From a virus: DNA of 64,000 nt. Where the stretch lies: the UHGV virus genome UHGV-0010228. One strand, 5' to 3'. This document shows positions 21,873-32,768 of the stretch, piece after piece. A program made the position numbers and the translations under genes. The notes beneath the pieces are model-generated. The model ran no database searches. It saw only the letters and a list, made by a program, of their open reading frames with translations, and was not told the origin of the DNA. Position 1 is the first letter of the stretch; every line of letters starts with the position of its first letter.

Positions 21873-23414
21873 AACTATACTTAAGAATTCTAAGAATTCA
21901 TTTGTAATATCATCGTTATCTACACTTGTTAGTACAAATCCATTTATATTAGGATTAAAATCTATAAATTCAAATGTGCAATTTATAATTGCTGACAGCA
22001 TTTTTAATATTGGATCATCTTTACTATCAATTTCTGCTATATATTTGAATTTTTCCGATATTATACTTTTATATATTGGAGATTGTGTTATACCTTCAAT
22101 GAATTTTGTATTCTTAATTATATTCTCTTTATATTTACTTGTAATAGTTGCTGTAGTTATCTGTGATAATAGTGGCATATTTGATAATTGAAATATTTTT
22201 TTCATGTATAATAGTAATAATATTGTAGTTTCGCGATTTAAACTATATATTGCATATGTATCATGAAACATTTTGCTATAGAATGAATGCATTAAGAATT
22301 CGGTAATTGAATTTAATACTACATGCTCATTATAGAACTCTAATTCATGATCTTTAAATTCAATAGCATGATAATTCTGCTTAATCTCTTCTATAACATT
22401 TTGAATATTAACATCACTTATCAACACATTAGACTCATCAATCTTATATGCCTGCATATCCAATGCTTCTGCTCTGGATAAATAATCATCAGAATCATTT
22501 GATGAATCATTAGAATCTATTTCGTATGGCTTATTATTATAATTCTCTCTGCCATAATTAGTGTTATATTTATTAATAACTCCATCAATAAATGATACAC
22601 AACTCATTCTATAATCAAGTTTATAAAGAGATTTAACGATGATAACTCTATGGATTAATTCATCAGTATATAAAGCTAAAGAGTCTCCTCTAAGTTGTTT
22701 TTTCTGATAGTGTATATGCCTATTATTATTGTAAGACTTTTCAGCTCTATAATCAATAAATTTGCATAATGGAATATACACTTCAACATCATTCTCTTCA
22801 AATCTTGATATTATCTTTGTGAATATCTTACAATATGCATCTAAGTAATATGTCTTCTCTTTATATTTAAATGAAGTTCCAATATTCTTATAGTGAATGC
22901 ATAATGGTAAAATGATTCTAAATGCAAAAGATAATGCAATAATTTGTTGAGCTTGAGCATTTGTAATCTTAGGTGTATTCTTATATTTACCAGAAGAATC
23001 TGTATTGATATTTATGGTATACAGATCTTTAGACATTTGCTTGCATTTTCTTATAAAGTCATCAGTTATTATTCGTTCTAAAACTAAATTCCTGAATGCT
23101 TTTTGTGATATACCTGGATTCTGATCAATAATAAATTTAATTGATAATGTTGCTAAAAATGATGATTTGTCAGTGTCATAAAACGCTAAGAAATAATTAA
23201 TATGATGGACTATATCTGCCATCTTCTTTTTATAATGATTCATATTTATATAATAGATCGATAATGGACTTTCATTCATTCCGATCTTATCATATTGGGC
23301 AACAACAACTTCATTCTCATACTTATAGTATAAGTCTGCTTCGGTTGGTTCCCATTTTGCTAATTCAGGTCTGATAATTGTGTTGTCTTCATTCATTTTG
23401 TCTAAATCCTCCAT
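21870..23414 (-). CDS. hypothetical protein
   Basis: 514 aa ORF; weak RBS; start could be at second Met (MNEDNT). Confidence 0.55.
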   Translation of the reverse strand: MEDLDKMNEDNTIIRPELAKWEPTEADLYYKYENEVVVAQYDKIGMNESPLSIYYINMNHYKKKMADIVHHINYFLAFYDTDKSSFLATLSIKFIIDQNPGISQKAFRNLVLERIITDDFIRKCKQMSKDLYTININTDSSGKYKNTPKITNAQAQQIIALSFAFRIILPLCIHYKNIGTSFKYKEKTYYLDAYCKIFTKIISRFEENDVEVYIPLCKFIDYRAEKSYNNNRHIHYQKKQLRGDSLALYTDELIHRVIIVKSLYKLDYRMSCVSFIDGVINKYNTNYGRENYNNKPYEIDSNDSSNDSDDYLSRAEALDMQAYKIDESNVLISDVNIQNVIEEIKQNYHAIEFKDHELEFYNEHVVLNSITEFLMHSFYSKMFHDTYAIYSLNRETTILLLLYMKKIFQLSNMPLLSQITTATITSKYKENIIKNTKFIEGITQSPIYKSIISEKFKYIAEIDSKDDPILKMLSAIINCTFEFIDFNPNINGFVLTSVDNDDITNEFLEFLSIV

Positions 23415-23465
23415 TTATTCTCATTAACTATTCACTTATACAATATATGAATATAATTAAAGAAA

Positions 23466-24206
23466 CTAAAATTTCTTCGTTTTAATTGTGACACTACTTC
23501 GTTTCATTCTTTTAGATGCTGTACTAACTTTAGATACTTTTTTAACCTTTTTAGAACCCTGATCGATCTGTTCTTTTATTGGTCGCTTATTTGCTGCAAT
23601 TTTAGCCTCATTTTTAGTAACTCTTTTACCATCGATCTTGTCCTTTTTATAAGCATTCATGATCTCATCCTGAGATCTAACGTATCTAGCAATACTATTA
23701 TATGTTGATTTAATAGCAATATTATTTATATGACTAACTCTACTTATAATATTTTGACGTATAAATAATAGTGCTAAATATAAGCTACGTTCAGCACCAA
23801 TAACATCAAATCTGTTTCGTTGAGTTGCTAATCGTTTTTTAACTTCAGGATTATATTTATTTAATAACCATTTACATAGCATTTTTTCTCTATAAAAAAT
23901 ATTAGCATATGTAAAGATAAAAGATGGACAATTACTAAATACTGTAAAATCTAAATTATATATGTCAACTTCTTCAGGTTTAAGTTTATCAAGATCAAAT
24001 TCAAGTACTACATCATAATTATAATTCTCATTAGATTTGGATGGTACTACAATATGAAATATAGCATGATTCTGATTTTTATACACTTTATACTCAAACT
24101 TAGTTACTAATTTTGAGTATTGATCCTTGTAATCTTCAATAATTTGCTTAGACGCAAATGCCGCACCTTTACCATAAGGATTTTGTAAATACTCTAGCAT
24201 ATTCAT
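23466..24206 (-). CDS. hypothetical protein with strongly basic Lys-rich C-terminal tail
   Basis: 246 aa, CAGGAGG RBS; C-terminus KRPIKEQIDQGSKKVKKVSKVSTASKRMKRSSVTIKTKKF. Confidence 0.55.
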   Translation of the reverse strand: MNMLEYLQNPYGKGAAFASKQIIEDYKDQYSKLVTKFEYKVYKNQNHAIFHIVVPSKSNENYNYDVVLEFDLDKLKPEEVDIYNLDFTVFSNCPSFIFTYANIFYREKMLCKWLLNKYNPEVKKRLATQRNRFDVIGAERSLYLALLFIRQNIISRVSHINNIAIKSTYNSIARYVRSQDEIMNAYKKDKIDGKRVTKNEAKIAANKRPIKEQIDQGSKKVKKVSKVSTASKRMKRSSVTIKTKKF

Positions 24207-24294
24207 AATCTAAAATCCTCCTGTTAATATTAATTATACGTTAAACAGTTACATATATGTTAGATCGATATTGAATAATTAAAGGAGGTATACT

Positions 24295-24843
24295 ATGCAT
24301 CAGTATAGCCCATGTGATATTTATCTATCAGGTGGTTCGATTAATAATGCTGAAAATAGACAGGAATTTAAAGAATCTATAGCATTAAAATCCTTAGGTT
24401 TGTCTATTACTGAAATGACGAATAATCAAAATAATAAGCCTGAAACTAATGACTGTATGGCATCTATGAGATTATATTCTAAATATAATGTCTTTATTAT
24501 TGCGCCACCAATAAGTAATGAATATGATTATAGTGTATTAATGCAGGATTTAGTTCAGATAATGGAAATCGCATCTACAAGAGGAAGGGATCATCTTATT
24601 CCAATATTTTTAAGATCTTCTAAATCTGGAACTATATCTGAAGTAATATGGAACACATTACAAACGATAATATATCAGCTATCAGAATATTTTCACATTC
24701 CAATATTCTATAATATTAAATCTGCAGTTGATCATATAGAAAGATTAGAACATGCAACTACCATAGATGAGTATATTGCAGCAATGAATTATCGCGATTA
24801 TGATGAATTAATATATTATCATGAAAATGAATTAAATAAGTAA
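24295..24843 (+). CDS. hypothetical protein
   Basis: 182 aa, AAAGGAGG RBS; lone + strand gene inside a minus block. Confidence 0.5.
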   Translation: MHQYSPCDIYLSGGSINNAENRQEFKESIALKSLGLSITEMTNNQNNKPETNDCMASMRLYSKYNVFIIAPPISNEYDYSVLMQDLVQIMEIASTRGRDHLIPIFLRSSKSGTISEVIWNTLQTIIYQLSEYFHIPIFYNIKSAVDHIERLEHATTIDEYIAAMNYRDYDELIYYHENELNK

Positions 24844-24850
24844 CAAAAAA

Positions 24851-24966
24851 ATAAAACGATGATCCGGTGGGGAGCCATCATCATCGTTTTATTTTACCTT
24901 CTGTTTAGTTACACGAACATCACGAGTAAATAAGATAACCGCTTTGGTTATCTTATTTATTTTTTA
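24851..24966 (+). terminator. two tandem stem-loop terminators
   Basis: aaaacgatgatccggtggggagccatcatcatcgtttt then aataagataaccgctttggttatcttatt + T-run. Confidence 0.65.
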
Positions 24967-26169
24967 TACCTGACCGTTCATATATATTGCATGATGTATA
25001 TCCTGACAGTCAGTGAAGAAATTATTGTCAACTGTTGGACGATATTTATTCCAACAGTTTTTAAGTTCTTCTGGAGAAGCCTCATCTGAGAATTTCATTT
25101 GATCATATAATGGATCGAAGCAGTTCAACCAATGTGGATGTTCCCTCTTCCATTTTTCGTATATTTCACCAAAGTCTTTCTTTGCATGATAATCAAATCT
25201 CAACTTATCAGCTTCATAGCGATTTCGTATTTTAAAGTTCTTAAAATACTCTTTACCTTCATCTCGCTCAAGGAAGCAATTTATCTGATTTTCGTTATAA
25301 GTTTTTAACTTGGCAAGTTTCTCACTAAAGATCTTGCTTCGTTCATTTGGATGAATAGAATAAAATTCTAATCTATTTTCCAAATCAGATATTGCCATTC
25401 TACGATATGAAAGCTCAGCACAGACCTGATCATGAGAATCTATTATTACATCAGGTGCAACGACAAGTTTCCGCTTACTCATCATTCTACGCTCTAACGC
25501 TTCGATATCTTCTCCGATTCTATCTGCCCAATACTTTCTAATATGCCATGCAGCTCCGGCTTGACTTTCAGGAGATCTTGGCATAATAATTTCGATTCCC
25601 ATTTCTTTACCCTTACGAGCATATTTAGGAATCTCCAGCTGAGAAGCATCAAGATAATCAGCTGGCTTATAATATGGAGAGAAATTATCAACTAAATATT
25701 TTTCAGCTTCTTCCGGAGTCATATTTAAAAGATCTCCTGAAACTGCTAATGCGAAGAATTTCTCTCTTAATTCCTGAGGCCAATGAGTATAGATACTAGC
25801 CCAATGTTTTTCCCACTTATGCCTATATCTAGCTTTGGTATCAGGAGAAGGATTGTCGTGTAAATAATCTGCACGAATATCATTATTCTCTTCGCGATCA
25901 TATCTAATATTTTCAACAATTCTTCTTACATCCCTTAACTGAGTTGGCATTTCAGGATCAACATACGGTGAATTATGTGCTGACCATTCAGGATCCCTAT
26001 CATACCAACTCTCCGGATCACCTAATACACCATCTTGAAGAATGGGGTCGAGATCATCGATCTCTTTCTGGCTCATAGGTTTATACTTCGGATATTCGGG
26101 ATTAATCGGGGAGTTAATATAGTCAGTATCTTCAATTTCGAACTGACCTAATAATCTACGCCCTTCCAC
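24964..26169 (-). CDS. hypothetical protein (track start is GTG overlapping upstream stop by 22 nt; start uncertain)
   Basis: 401 aa ORF, Trp/acidic-rich; no motif recognised. Confidence 0.5.
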   Translation of the reverse strand: MEGRRLLGQFEIEDTDYINSPINPEYPKYKPMSQKEIDDLDPILQDGVLGDPESWYDRDPEWSAHNSPYVDPEMPTQLRDVRRIVENIRYDREENNDIRADYLHDNPSPDTKARYRHKWEKHWASIYTHWPQELREKFFALAVSGDLLNMTPEEAEKYLVDNFSPYYKPADYLDASQLEIPKYARKGKEMGIEIIMPRSPESQAGAAWHIRKYWADRIGEDIEALERRMMSKRKLVVAPDVIIDSHDQVCAELSYRRMAISDLENRLEFYSIHPNERSKIFSEKLAKLKTYNENQINCFLERDEGKEYFKNFKIRNRYEADKLRFDYHAKKDFGEIYEKWKREHPHWLNCFDPLYDQMKFSDEASPEELKNCWNKYRPTVDNNFFTDCQDIHHAIYMNGQV

Positions 26170-26978
26170 AGGTTTTTGTTCTTTTCTGGATTCTTTGACT
26201 TCTTCTTTGACTTCTTCTTCTTGTCTCTGTCCAGACCTACGGTTTTTAATTTTTTCTTTTTTTTTTCACGCTCAATGCGTTCATCTTCTTCTCTAATCTG
26301 TCTAAGAATTTCTTCTTCTTCAGCTTCGAGATCTCTATTTCTTCTAGCAACTTTGTCTTCTCTCTGCATAGCTGCTAATTCTGATCTAGTTAAAGATGAT
26401 AATCTTTTCATATAATCATCAAATTCATCATCTTCACTATCATCAACCTCCCATATAAAATCTGAAAGAGGTCTTTCCATTATGTCAACATCCTCGTCGT
26501 CATCATAGAAATAATAACCCATAGGATCTCCTTCTTCATCCAGTAAATCTGGATCTTCGAAATCCTCCTCTGGTGCTATATTTTTCCAGTGAGCACGTTT
26601 ATAGAGATGTCTTTTCTTTTCCCCCTTACGAACGTCTTTTAAACCACTGTCGATTCTATCATATTTATGCTTTTTAGCATATCTAATTCTTTCAAGCTTC
26701 TGATTAAGACGCTGAGCCTTTTTAGGATCACGCTTCTTCTTAATCACTTCAGTTGCAATTATGTCATCAGGATCTTCATATTCTTCACTAGTAGATCCAA
26801 AAGGATTTAAACCTCTGAAAATCTTATTGAACCATCCTGATACAAATAAGTATACAGTGCCAATGATTGCACTTAAATTAGCAACGATATTTGCTAATTC
26901 TTTAATGTTATTATTCTTAAAGAAGTTAATAACAGACTTAACAATCAATGCTACAAAATTTGTATTTGCAAATGTCAT
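26148..26978 (-). CDS. N-terminally membrane-anchored, highly charged protein with alternating acidic and Lys-rich blocks
   Basis: AAAGGAGAA RBS; N-terminal TM (IIGTVYLFVSGWF); EEEEILRQIREEDERIEREKKKKKLK...KKKKSKKKSK. Confidence 0.55.
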   Translation of the reverse strand: MTFANTNFVALIVKSVINFFKNNNIKELANIVANLSAIIGTVYLFVSGWFNKIFRGLNPFGSTSEEYEDPDDIIATEVIKKKRDPKKAQRLNQKLERIRYAKKHKYDRIDSGLKDVRKGEKKRHLYKRAHWKNIAPEEDFEDPDLLDEEGDPMGYYFYDDDEDVDIMERPLSDFIWEVDDSEDDEFDDYMKRLSSLTRSELAAMQREDKVARRNRDLEAEEEEILRQIREEDERIEREKKKKKLKTVGLDRDKKKKSKKKSKNPEKNKNLWKGVDY

Positions 26979-27150
26979 TTTTCTTTTCTCCTTTCTAATA
27001 TATTAATTATATAATAATCACGGGGCCATCTATTTTAATATATAATCACAAAAATAATATATTTATAAAAAATAAATAATATTCACATATTTTTATAAAT
27101 ATCAATTAAATATAGATTAACAGTGGAATAAATCAAGGGGGTGTTATATA

Positions 27151-28464
27151 ATGTCTAAACTTGAACTGTCTAAAATAAGTAGTAATAGTCCTGCTAGTGG
27201 AGTATTTTTTAATTATTCTACAGATAAATATGGTAAGTCTATTGATTATAGAAATGTAGATAATCGTCTTAATACTATTGGAGTTGATAAAAGTGAACAA
27301 AACACTGATCGTGAAAGCTTGTATTGGGTTGAGCCTAAAGTAATGCCACGCGGACAAAGTAATATAGTATTACAGGCAATGAATGATGGATTTAGAAGTC
27401 CACATGAAGATTATTTTAATTTTAATAGATTTTATAATGTAAATTTAACAGATGGAATACCATCTAATAGACACTATGTTTTTATGTGCCGGCCAGATTT
27501 ATATTTACTTCAATTATATAACCCATCATCACCATCTCAAAGATATGGTTTAAGTAGCGAAAGTAGAGTTGCGGGTGATCCATTATTTAGAAAATTGTGG
27601 TATGAAAATCCTCTATTAATAGAATCGTTAACGGCAGAGTTTGATGTATATAATATAAATAATCAAATCAAAGATTCTATGGTTGCAGTTAATAGATCTG
27701 GGTATGGTAACTCATTGCATGTTGACCCTATGACTGATAAAGCTGGTAACCATTTAACAACACATTCACTATTGCCATTTTTAACAGGAAGGGTTCAATC
27801 AATACAAATTCCTGATTTTGCTATTAAAACATATCAGATGACTCAGCCATATACCAAATACGGATTGCCTATGTCATTAACAGCAATCGAATCAACTACA
27901 GGTGGTTCATTTGATATTACTTTTAGAGAAGATGCACAATATAGTGTAACTAAATTATTCTATGCGTGGGTATATTATATGGATGGAGTTATGAGAAATA
28001 AATTCTCTCCTAAATTAAAATATATGAGATTTAATGCATTAGATTATGCCACATCTATATATGATATAATAGTTGGTGATGATGGCGAAGAGATTGTGTG
28101 GTTTGGTAAATATACAGGTTGCATTCCAACAAATGTACCAGTATCAGATTTAGGATTTAATAAAGGTGGAAGTCCTATTGATTCTGTAAGTATAACATTT
28201 AATTACTTTAATTATGAAGCTATGAATCCTGAGATATTGCTAGATCTTAACTATAATTCATTAGGATATAATTATATGGAGAAATATGGTACTAAAATAT
28301 TTGACGAATCTGACTGTCTATTAGATCATATGAGTACGTATAACCCAGATTTAGTTGGACCTGCGAGTGGTTATGTTGGAAGACCATTTGTGGTATCATA
28401 TCATCCTTTAAGAGAAACTGAAAAGACAAAACATAAACTATGGTGGGCAAGACCAAGTTATTAA
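27151..28464 (+). CDS. hypothetical protein (possibly structural)
   Basis: 437 aa, AAGGGGG RBS; no motif recognised. Confidence 0.55.
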   Translation: MSKLELSKISSNSPASGVFFNYSTDKYGKSIDYRNVDNRLNTIGVDKSEQNTDRESLYWVEPKVMPRGQSNIVLQAMNDGFRSPHEDYFNFNRFYNVNLTDGIPSNRHYVFMCRPDLYLLQLYNPSSPSQRYGLSSESRVAGDPLFRKLWYENPLLIESLTAEFDVYNINNQIKDSMVAVNRSGYGNSLHVDPMTDKAGNHLTTHSLLPFLTGRVQSIQIPDFAIKTYQMTQPYTKYGLPMSLTAIESTTGGSFDITFREDAQYSVTKLFYAWVYYMDGVMRNKFSPKLKYMRFNALDYATSIYDIIVGDDGEEIVWFGKYTGCIPTNVPVSDLGFNKGGSPIDSVSITFNYFNYEAMNPEILLDLNYNSLGYNYMEKYGTKIFDESDCLLDHMSTYNPDLVGPASGYVGRPFVVSYHPLRETEKTKHKLWWARPSY

Positions 28465-28510
28465 AATAAGAAAAGAATGAGAGATAACATATGTTATCTC
28501 TCATATTTAA

Positions 28511-29029
28511 TTACTTTCTTGCTTTACCGGCACTAGCCTGTGAATTAATTTCACGATCAATCTTTTCATTGATTGACTTGCCAGACTTAGATTCTAAGTT
28601 AGTTGCTTTTCTCTTAGAATTCATCATAATTCTCTTAGCTTCAGTCTTAGCTCTTGCACCATACTTAGCATTGATCTTACTCTTAGCATCAAGCATAAGA
28701 TCTCTATACTTCTTATACTTAGTAAAGAGAGAATCTCCGGCTTTCTTAGCAAGTGCAATCGCAACTCTACCCTGAATTCTATTAAGATCGGCAGCCTTAG
28801 AATCCTTAATAAGGATTCTTCTAGATGCTTCCATTGCAGAATCTGCATCATCAATTATGCCATATATAGCCATTTCAACTGCAGCATCATTAATCAGATC
28901 GTTAAATTCTTCATCTGTAGAGCAATTCTCTCTAATAGCTGCGAGGACAATTGAAGATTCAGTTGCAGGATCATCAATAGTGAGCTCGTCAATAGACGTT
29001 GGCATGTTTAAGTCAGAAAGAAGTCCCAT
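28511..29029 (-). CDS. hypothetical helical/charged protein, member of MG[IL]LSD-leader family (start revised to Met with AAAGGAGG RBS)
   Basis: revised start MGLLSDLNMPTS... directly preceded on minus strand by AAAAGGAGGTAATTATACA; track ORF 28511..29071 begins at GTG upstream; contains AIYGIIDD and SAMEA motifs related to the family motif. Confidence 0.5.
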   Translation of the reverse strand: MGLLSDLNMPTSIDELTIDDPATESSIVLAAIRENCSTDEEFNDLINDAAVEMAIYGIIDDADSAMEASRRILIKDSKAADLNRIQGRVAIALAKKAGDSLFTKYKKYRDLMLDAKSKINAKYGARAKTEAKRIMMNSKRKATNLESKSGKSINEKIDREINSQASAGKARK

Positions 29030-29194
29030 TGTATAATTACCTCCTTTTAGGATTTTATTCATATTAAACACTTATTATCATAAATTTATTGTATTTGTTT
29101 ATATTGGTGTTAATTAAATTCCTGCAACTTCGATAATTATAAATAAAAAATATGAAATATATATTATTAAATTGAACTGAGAAGGAGGATTACA

Positions 29195-31219
29195 ATGGAA
29201 GCAAAATTTATTACTCATTGGAAAGATGAAATGAAAAGATCTATTAGATTGAAATATTATGATAAAGAATTATCAGAAGTTAAATTAGATCAATATCTTA
29301 ATAAGATTATTGAAAAAAGAATAAATAATCGGGGTATAGCATTAGTAAATAACTATACTAATACAGTTGCTAAATCTAATATATTATCTATAATCGATAT
29401 TATAGAAGAGAATAATTTAATTACTGCCGCAGGTGGATGCTTATTCTTACAACATGGTGTTAGAAGAAATTTATTATATGAATTTATCCAATATCTAAAG
29501 GCAGAAAGAAATGCCGCTAAAAAAAGACGTAAAAAATATGACAAAGGAACTCTCGAGTGGTTAATGGAAGATATAACTCAGTTAAATGTAAAATTAATCA
29601 TGAATTCTCTATATGGATGCATGGGATATCCGGGATTTATTCTATTCAACTTATTCTTAGCTGAAGCCATTACAAATCAAGGTAGACATATTATTACATC
29701 ATGCACTGCTGCTATTGAAAATTATATGGGTAGCGCATTTAGTTTAACATCTGAAGGCGAAGCCATTACATATATTAATAATATAGATAGAGAATTTTAT
29801 CTTAATGATTATGATAAATTAATTGATACTTCAATATTTGATGATACTAGTAATGTGTATGACTTATGTTATAAGCATATGATTAAGCATTGTCATTTTA
29901 ATATATCTGAATCGTTTAATTATGTTTTACATGATATCATATATAAGATGCCTTTAAAAGAGGTTATTGTCTTATATTATAAGAATAATCTGATCAGATT
30001 TAATAATAATCAATTTATGAAAGATAATATAAAATATATAATCGACAATAATGGTAATCTTGTATTTGGATCGATTGATTATCTTAGTAATGATAAGATG
30101 AAAGAATGTGCTACCCGTTTATTAGATATATATAACATATTCGTTATATATAACTATCCTATATATGATAAAGTAAGAAAAGCAATGTATCAGCCTAAGA
30201 CGAAAACATTGTATACTGATACTGATTCAGTATTTATATCATTTGATGAATTAGTTAGATATACTATGAATATTTACAATAATGAAGCAGCTCCTAATCT
30301 ATCTATAGATGAAACTAAAACTACAGCTGCATTCTTACATTTTATATATGTAGATTTAATGCTAGATATGGCATTGAAGACATTATGTAAGACTAACAAC
30401 ATTGCTGAAGAGCATTCAAAGTTACTAATAATAAAAAATGAATTCTTTTATTCTCGTATAGTTTTCATGAACGCTAAGAAAAGATATATTGCATATGCAT
30501 TATTCCAAGAGGGTCAGTTTATTAAAGATCCTAATGAAGCATTAGATATAAAGGGATTAGATTTTAAGAAAGCATCTACGAATCCATATCTAAAAGAGTT
30601 CTTTACAACTATATCAATGAATGATATCATGTTGGCAGATAATATTAATCCTAGATTATTATTTAAAAAGATGATAGATTTGAAAAAGACTATTGAGGAA
30701 GGTATTCGGCATGGTGATAGACGATTCTTTAAACAGAGTAATTGTAAAACTCTTGATAATTATAAGAATCCATATAGTACCCAGCAAGTTGTGGCTACAA
30801 TATTATGGAATACATTAGTTCCCGAAAGTGCACTGGAGTTACCAGCAGAAGTATATGTAGTTCCTATTAAATCAATGAAGTTTGATAAACCACCTGAAGG
30901 AAAAATGTCATTAAAGACCCCATTAGATTATCCTAATATAAGAAAATTTGCAGAAGATTTTCCGGAAGAATATGAACGACTTCATAGAGAGATATATATG
31001 AATGAGAATATTCTTATTAGGCATATGAGTTTAAACTCTATAGCATTACCTAGAAATAATGATGTTAAAATTCCTGATTATATAGTCTCATTAATAAACT
31101 TTAATCAGATCACAAAAGATGCATTAGCTTTATTCTTACCAGTATTGAATTCAATAGGATTGAAGAGTTTACCAACTACAACGACAGATGAGCATATGAG
31201 TAACATTGTAGAATTATAA
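29195..31219 (+). CDS. family B DNA polymerase, C-terminal (palm/fingers/thumb) fragment lacking motif A and exonuclease domain
   Basis: motif B KLIMNSLYG (KxxxNSxYG), motif C LYTDTDSVF (YGDTDS), KKRY motif NAKKRYIAY in canonical order; own GAAGGAGG RBS and Met; nothing polymerase-like upstream. Confidence 0.8.
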   Translation: MEAKFITHWKDEMKRSIRLKYYDKELSEVKLDQYLNKIIEKRINNRGIALVNNYTNTVAKSNILSIIDIIEENNLITAAGGCLFLQHGVRRNLLYEFIQYLKAERNAAKKRRKKYDKGTLEWLMEDITQLNVKLIMNSLYGCMGYPGFILFNLFLAEAITNQGRHIITSCTAAIENYMGSAFSLTSEGEAITYINNIDREFYLNDYDKLIDTSIFDDTSNVYDLCYKHMIKHCHFNISESFNYVLHDIIYKMPLKEVIVLYYKNNLIRFNNNQFMKDNIKYIIDNNGNLVFGSIDYLSNDKMKECATRLLDIYNIFVIYNYPIYDKVRKAMYQPKTKTLYTDTDSVFISFDELVRYTMNIYNNEAAPNLSIDETKTTAAFLHFIYVDLMLDMALKTLCKTNNIAEEHSKLLIIKNEFFYSRIVFMNAKKRYIAYALFQEGQFIKDPNEALDIKGLDFKKASTNPYLKEFFTTISMNDIMLADNINPRLLFKKMIDLKKTIEEGIRHGDRRFFKQSNCKTLDNYKNPYSTQQVVATILWNTLVPESALELPAEVYVVPIKSMKFDKPPEGKMSLKTPLDYPNIRKFAEDFPEEYERLHREIYMNENILIRHMSLNSIALPRNNDVKIPDYIVSLINFNQITKDALALFLPVLNSIGLKSLPTTTTDEHMSNIVEL

Positions 31220-31224
31220 AAAAA

Positions 31225-31290
31225 ATAAAGAATGACGATTGGAGTATACGTCAATCTGTGCGCCATTACAGATTTACAAGTACTCCAATC
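31225..31290. terminator. compound (nested) stem-loop downstream of polymerase gene
   Basis: gattggagtat...acgtc aatctgt gcgccatt acagatt tacaagt actccaatc. Confidence 0.45.
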
Positions 31291-31427
31291 GTCTAACAAA
31301 TTAGATAATAACTATAAAGAGGGGCGGATATTTATATCCGATAGATATTAACACCTTAATAATATATAGATGAAAAATTAATATATTACGATGAAATAAT
31401 AATAGAGTAGAATGATATCATTCTACT

Positions 31428-32663
31428 CTATTTTATAAACATTGCACTAGTTATTGGTAAAAAGTATTCGCCTTCTGCAGATAAATTCATTACGTATTTA
31501 CTGATTCTATACTGACCATTCACATTTGTCATATTTACTTTAGTATTTGAAATTGATACAGTAAATGTTTTGTTTGGTGTTAATGCAGACATTATAAGTG
31601 AATTGCTATTAAGTGTTAAAATACTCTGATTTTCATTTATTTTTTTAGCAATTTGTGAAGCCGTATTAGCACCACCATTGTAAACATAGGTTACAGTATT
31701 AGAACCGAATTTACCTCCTGTAGTAGTACTAATACTACCAGATGCTGCATCGATTACTTGTATATTACTAACAGTTGTATCATTACTTTTATTCTCAAAT
31801 TTGTATGACCCCTCAGGGATTATTACATTATAAGTCTTATTTTTTCCGTCTATATACATTCCTGATATCGCAGACGTTTTTTCATTATCGCCAGATAGTG
31901 ATAACAGATTAATTGTACGATATTCATTAGTATAATATGCTGTGCATTTAGTCTGTTTATCTATTATATAGCCGCGGTTTAGATCGAAAAATATTATAGT
32001 CCCATTAGGATGTAGATTGTATTCAAAACAAATTCTTTTTATTTGATCTATTAATGGAATAGGAACTAATTTAAAATCTGAATAAGATCTATTCTGAGTA
32101 GGTGGGGATAATAGAATATTATTATATCCACCCTGATTTAACACATATGTCAATGCATCTACGGGGGTACAACTAGAAAATATGGCATTAATAGTTTTAT
32201 TTAAATTGAGATAATAAGTTTCATTTAATAGTAAAAGATCAATCATAGCATATTCGTTATACATATATCCTTTACCATATGTCTTATCAGCTTTTTCTAC
32301 ATTGATCTGAATATCTTCATTGCCACTAATACTTGAATTTGGCATTAATACATAGTATTTACCGGTAATATCAGTATTCCATACAACTGTACTTGCAGAT
32401 ACCTGCTCATCGAATAATCCATATTTCAATGTTAATGACATTCGGATATTTGTTGGATTTCGTTGCATATTCCGATACAACCAATTTGGTACGTTTAATG
32501 TCACTTGGAAATATGGTAATACTGTATTATCATAATCCTTTTCAACATAAATATTACTTACCATTGGAGAAGCAACTTCAAACGGTGTTTCATTTCCTAC
32601 ATATATAAATACGTTTTCAAGAAGATATCTAACTTTCTTAAAATAAGCATTCTTAAGATCCAT
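31428..32663 (-). CDS. hypothetical protein (Asn/Ser/Thr-rich; possibly structural)
   Basis: 411 aa, AGGAGGTATA RBS. Confidence 0.55.
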   Translation of the reverse strand: MDLKNAYFKKVRYLLENVFIYVGNETPFEVASPMVSNIYVEKDYDNTVLPYFQVTLNVPNWLYRNMQRNPTNIRMSLTLKYGLFDEQVSASTVVWNTDITGKYYVLMPNSSISGNEDIQINVEKADKTYGKGYMYNEYAMIDLLLLNETYYLNLNKTINAIFSSCTPVDALTYVLNQGGYNNILLSPPTQNRSYSDFKLVPIPLIDQIKRICFEYNLHPNGTIIFFDLNRGYIIDKQTKCTAYYTNEYRTINLLSLSGDNEKTSAISGMYIDGKNKTYNVIIPEGSYKFENKSNDTTVSNIQVIDAASGSISTTTGGKFGSNTVTYVYNGGANTASQIAKKINENQSILTLNSNSLIMSALTPNKTFTVSISNTKVNMTNVNGQYRISKYVMNLSAEGEYFLPITSAMFIK

Positions 32664-32768
32664 TATAATATACCTCCTATTATAATAAGATTATCGTAAA
32701 GTTCTAATATCTATACAAAACAACGAGTTAAATCATTATTATACTACTATAAAAAGGAGGTTTTAATA

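Noticed and set aside
27133-27357. 74-aa minus-strand ORF across the start of 27151..28464
   Set aside because: It overlaps the RBS and start of a strongly supported gene. No RBS.
28491-28775. 94-aa + strand ORF inside minus-strand gene 28511..29029
   Set aside because: It is antisense to an RBS-supported gene, and the Leu/Ala-rich product is typical of reverse-frame artefacts.
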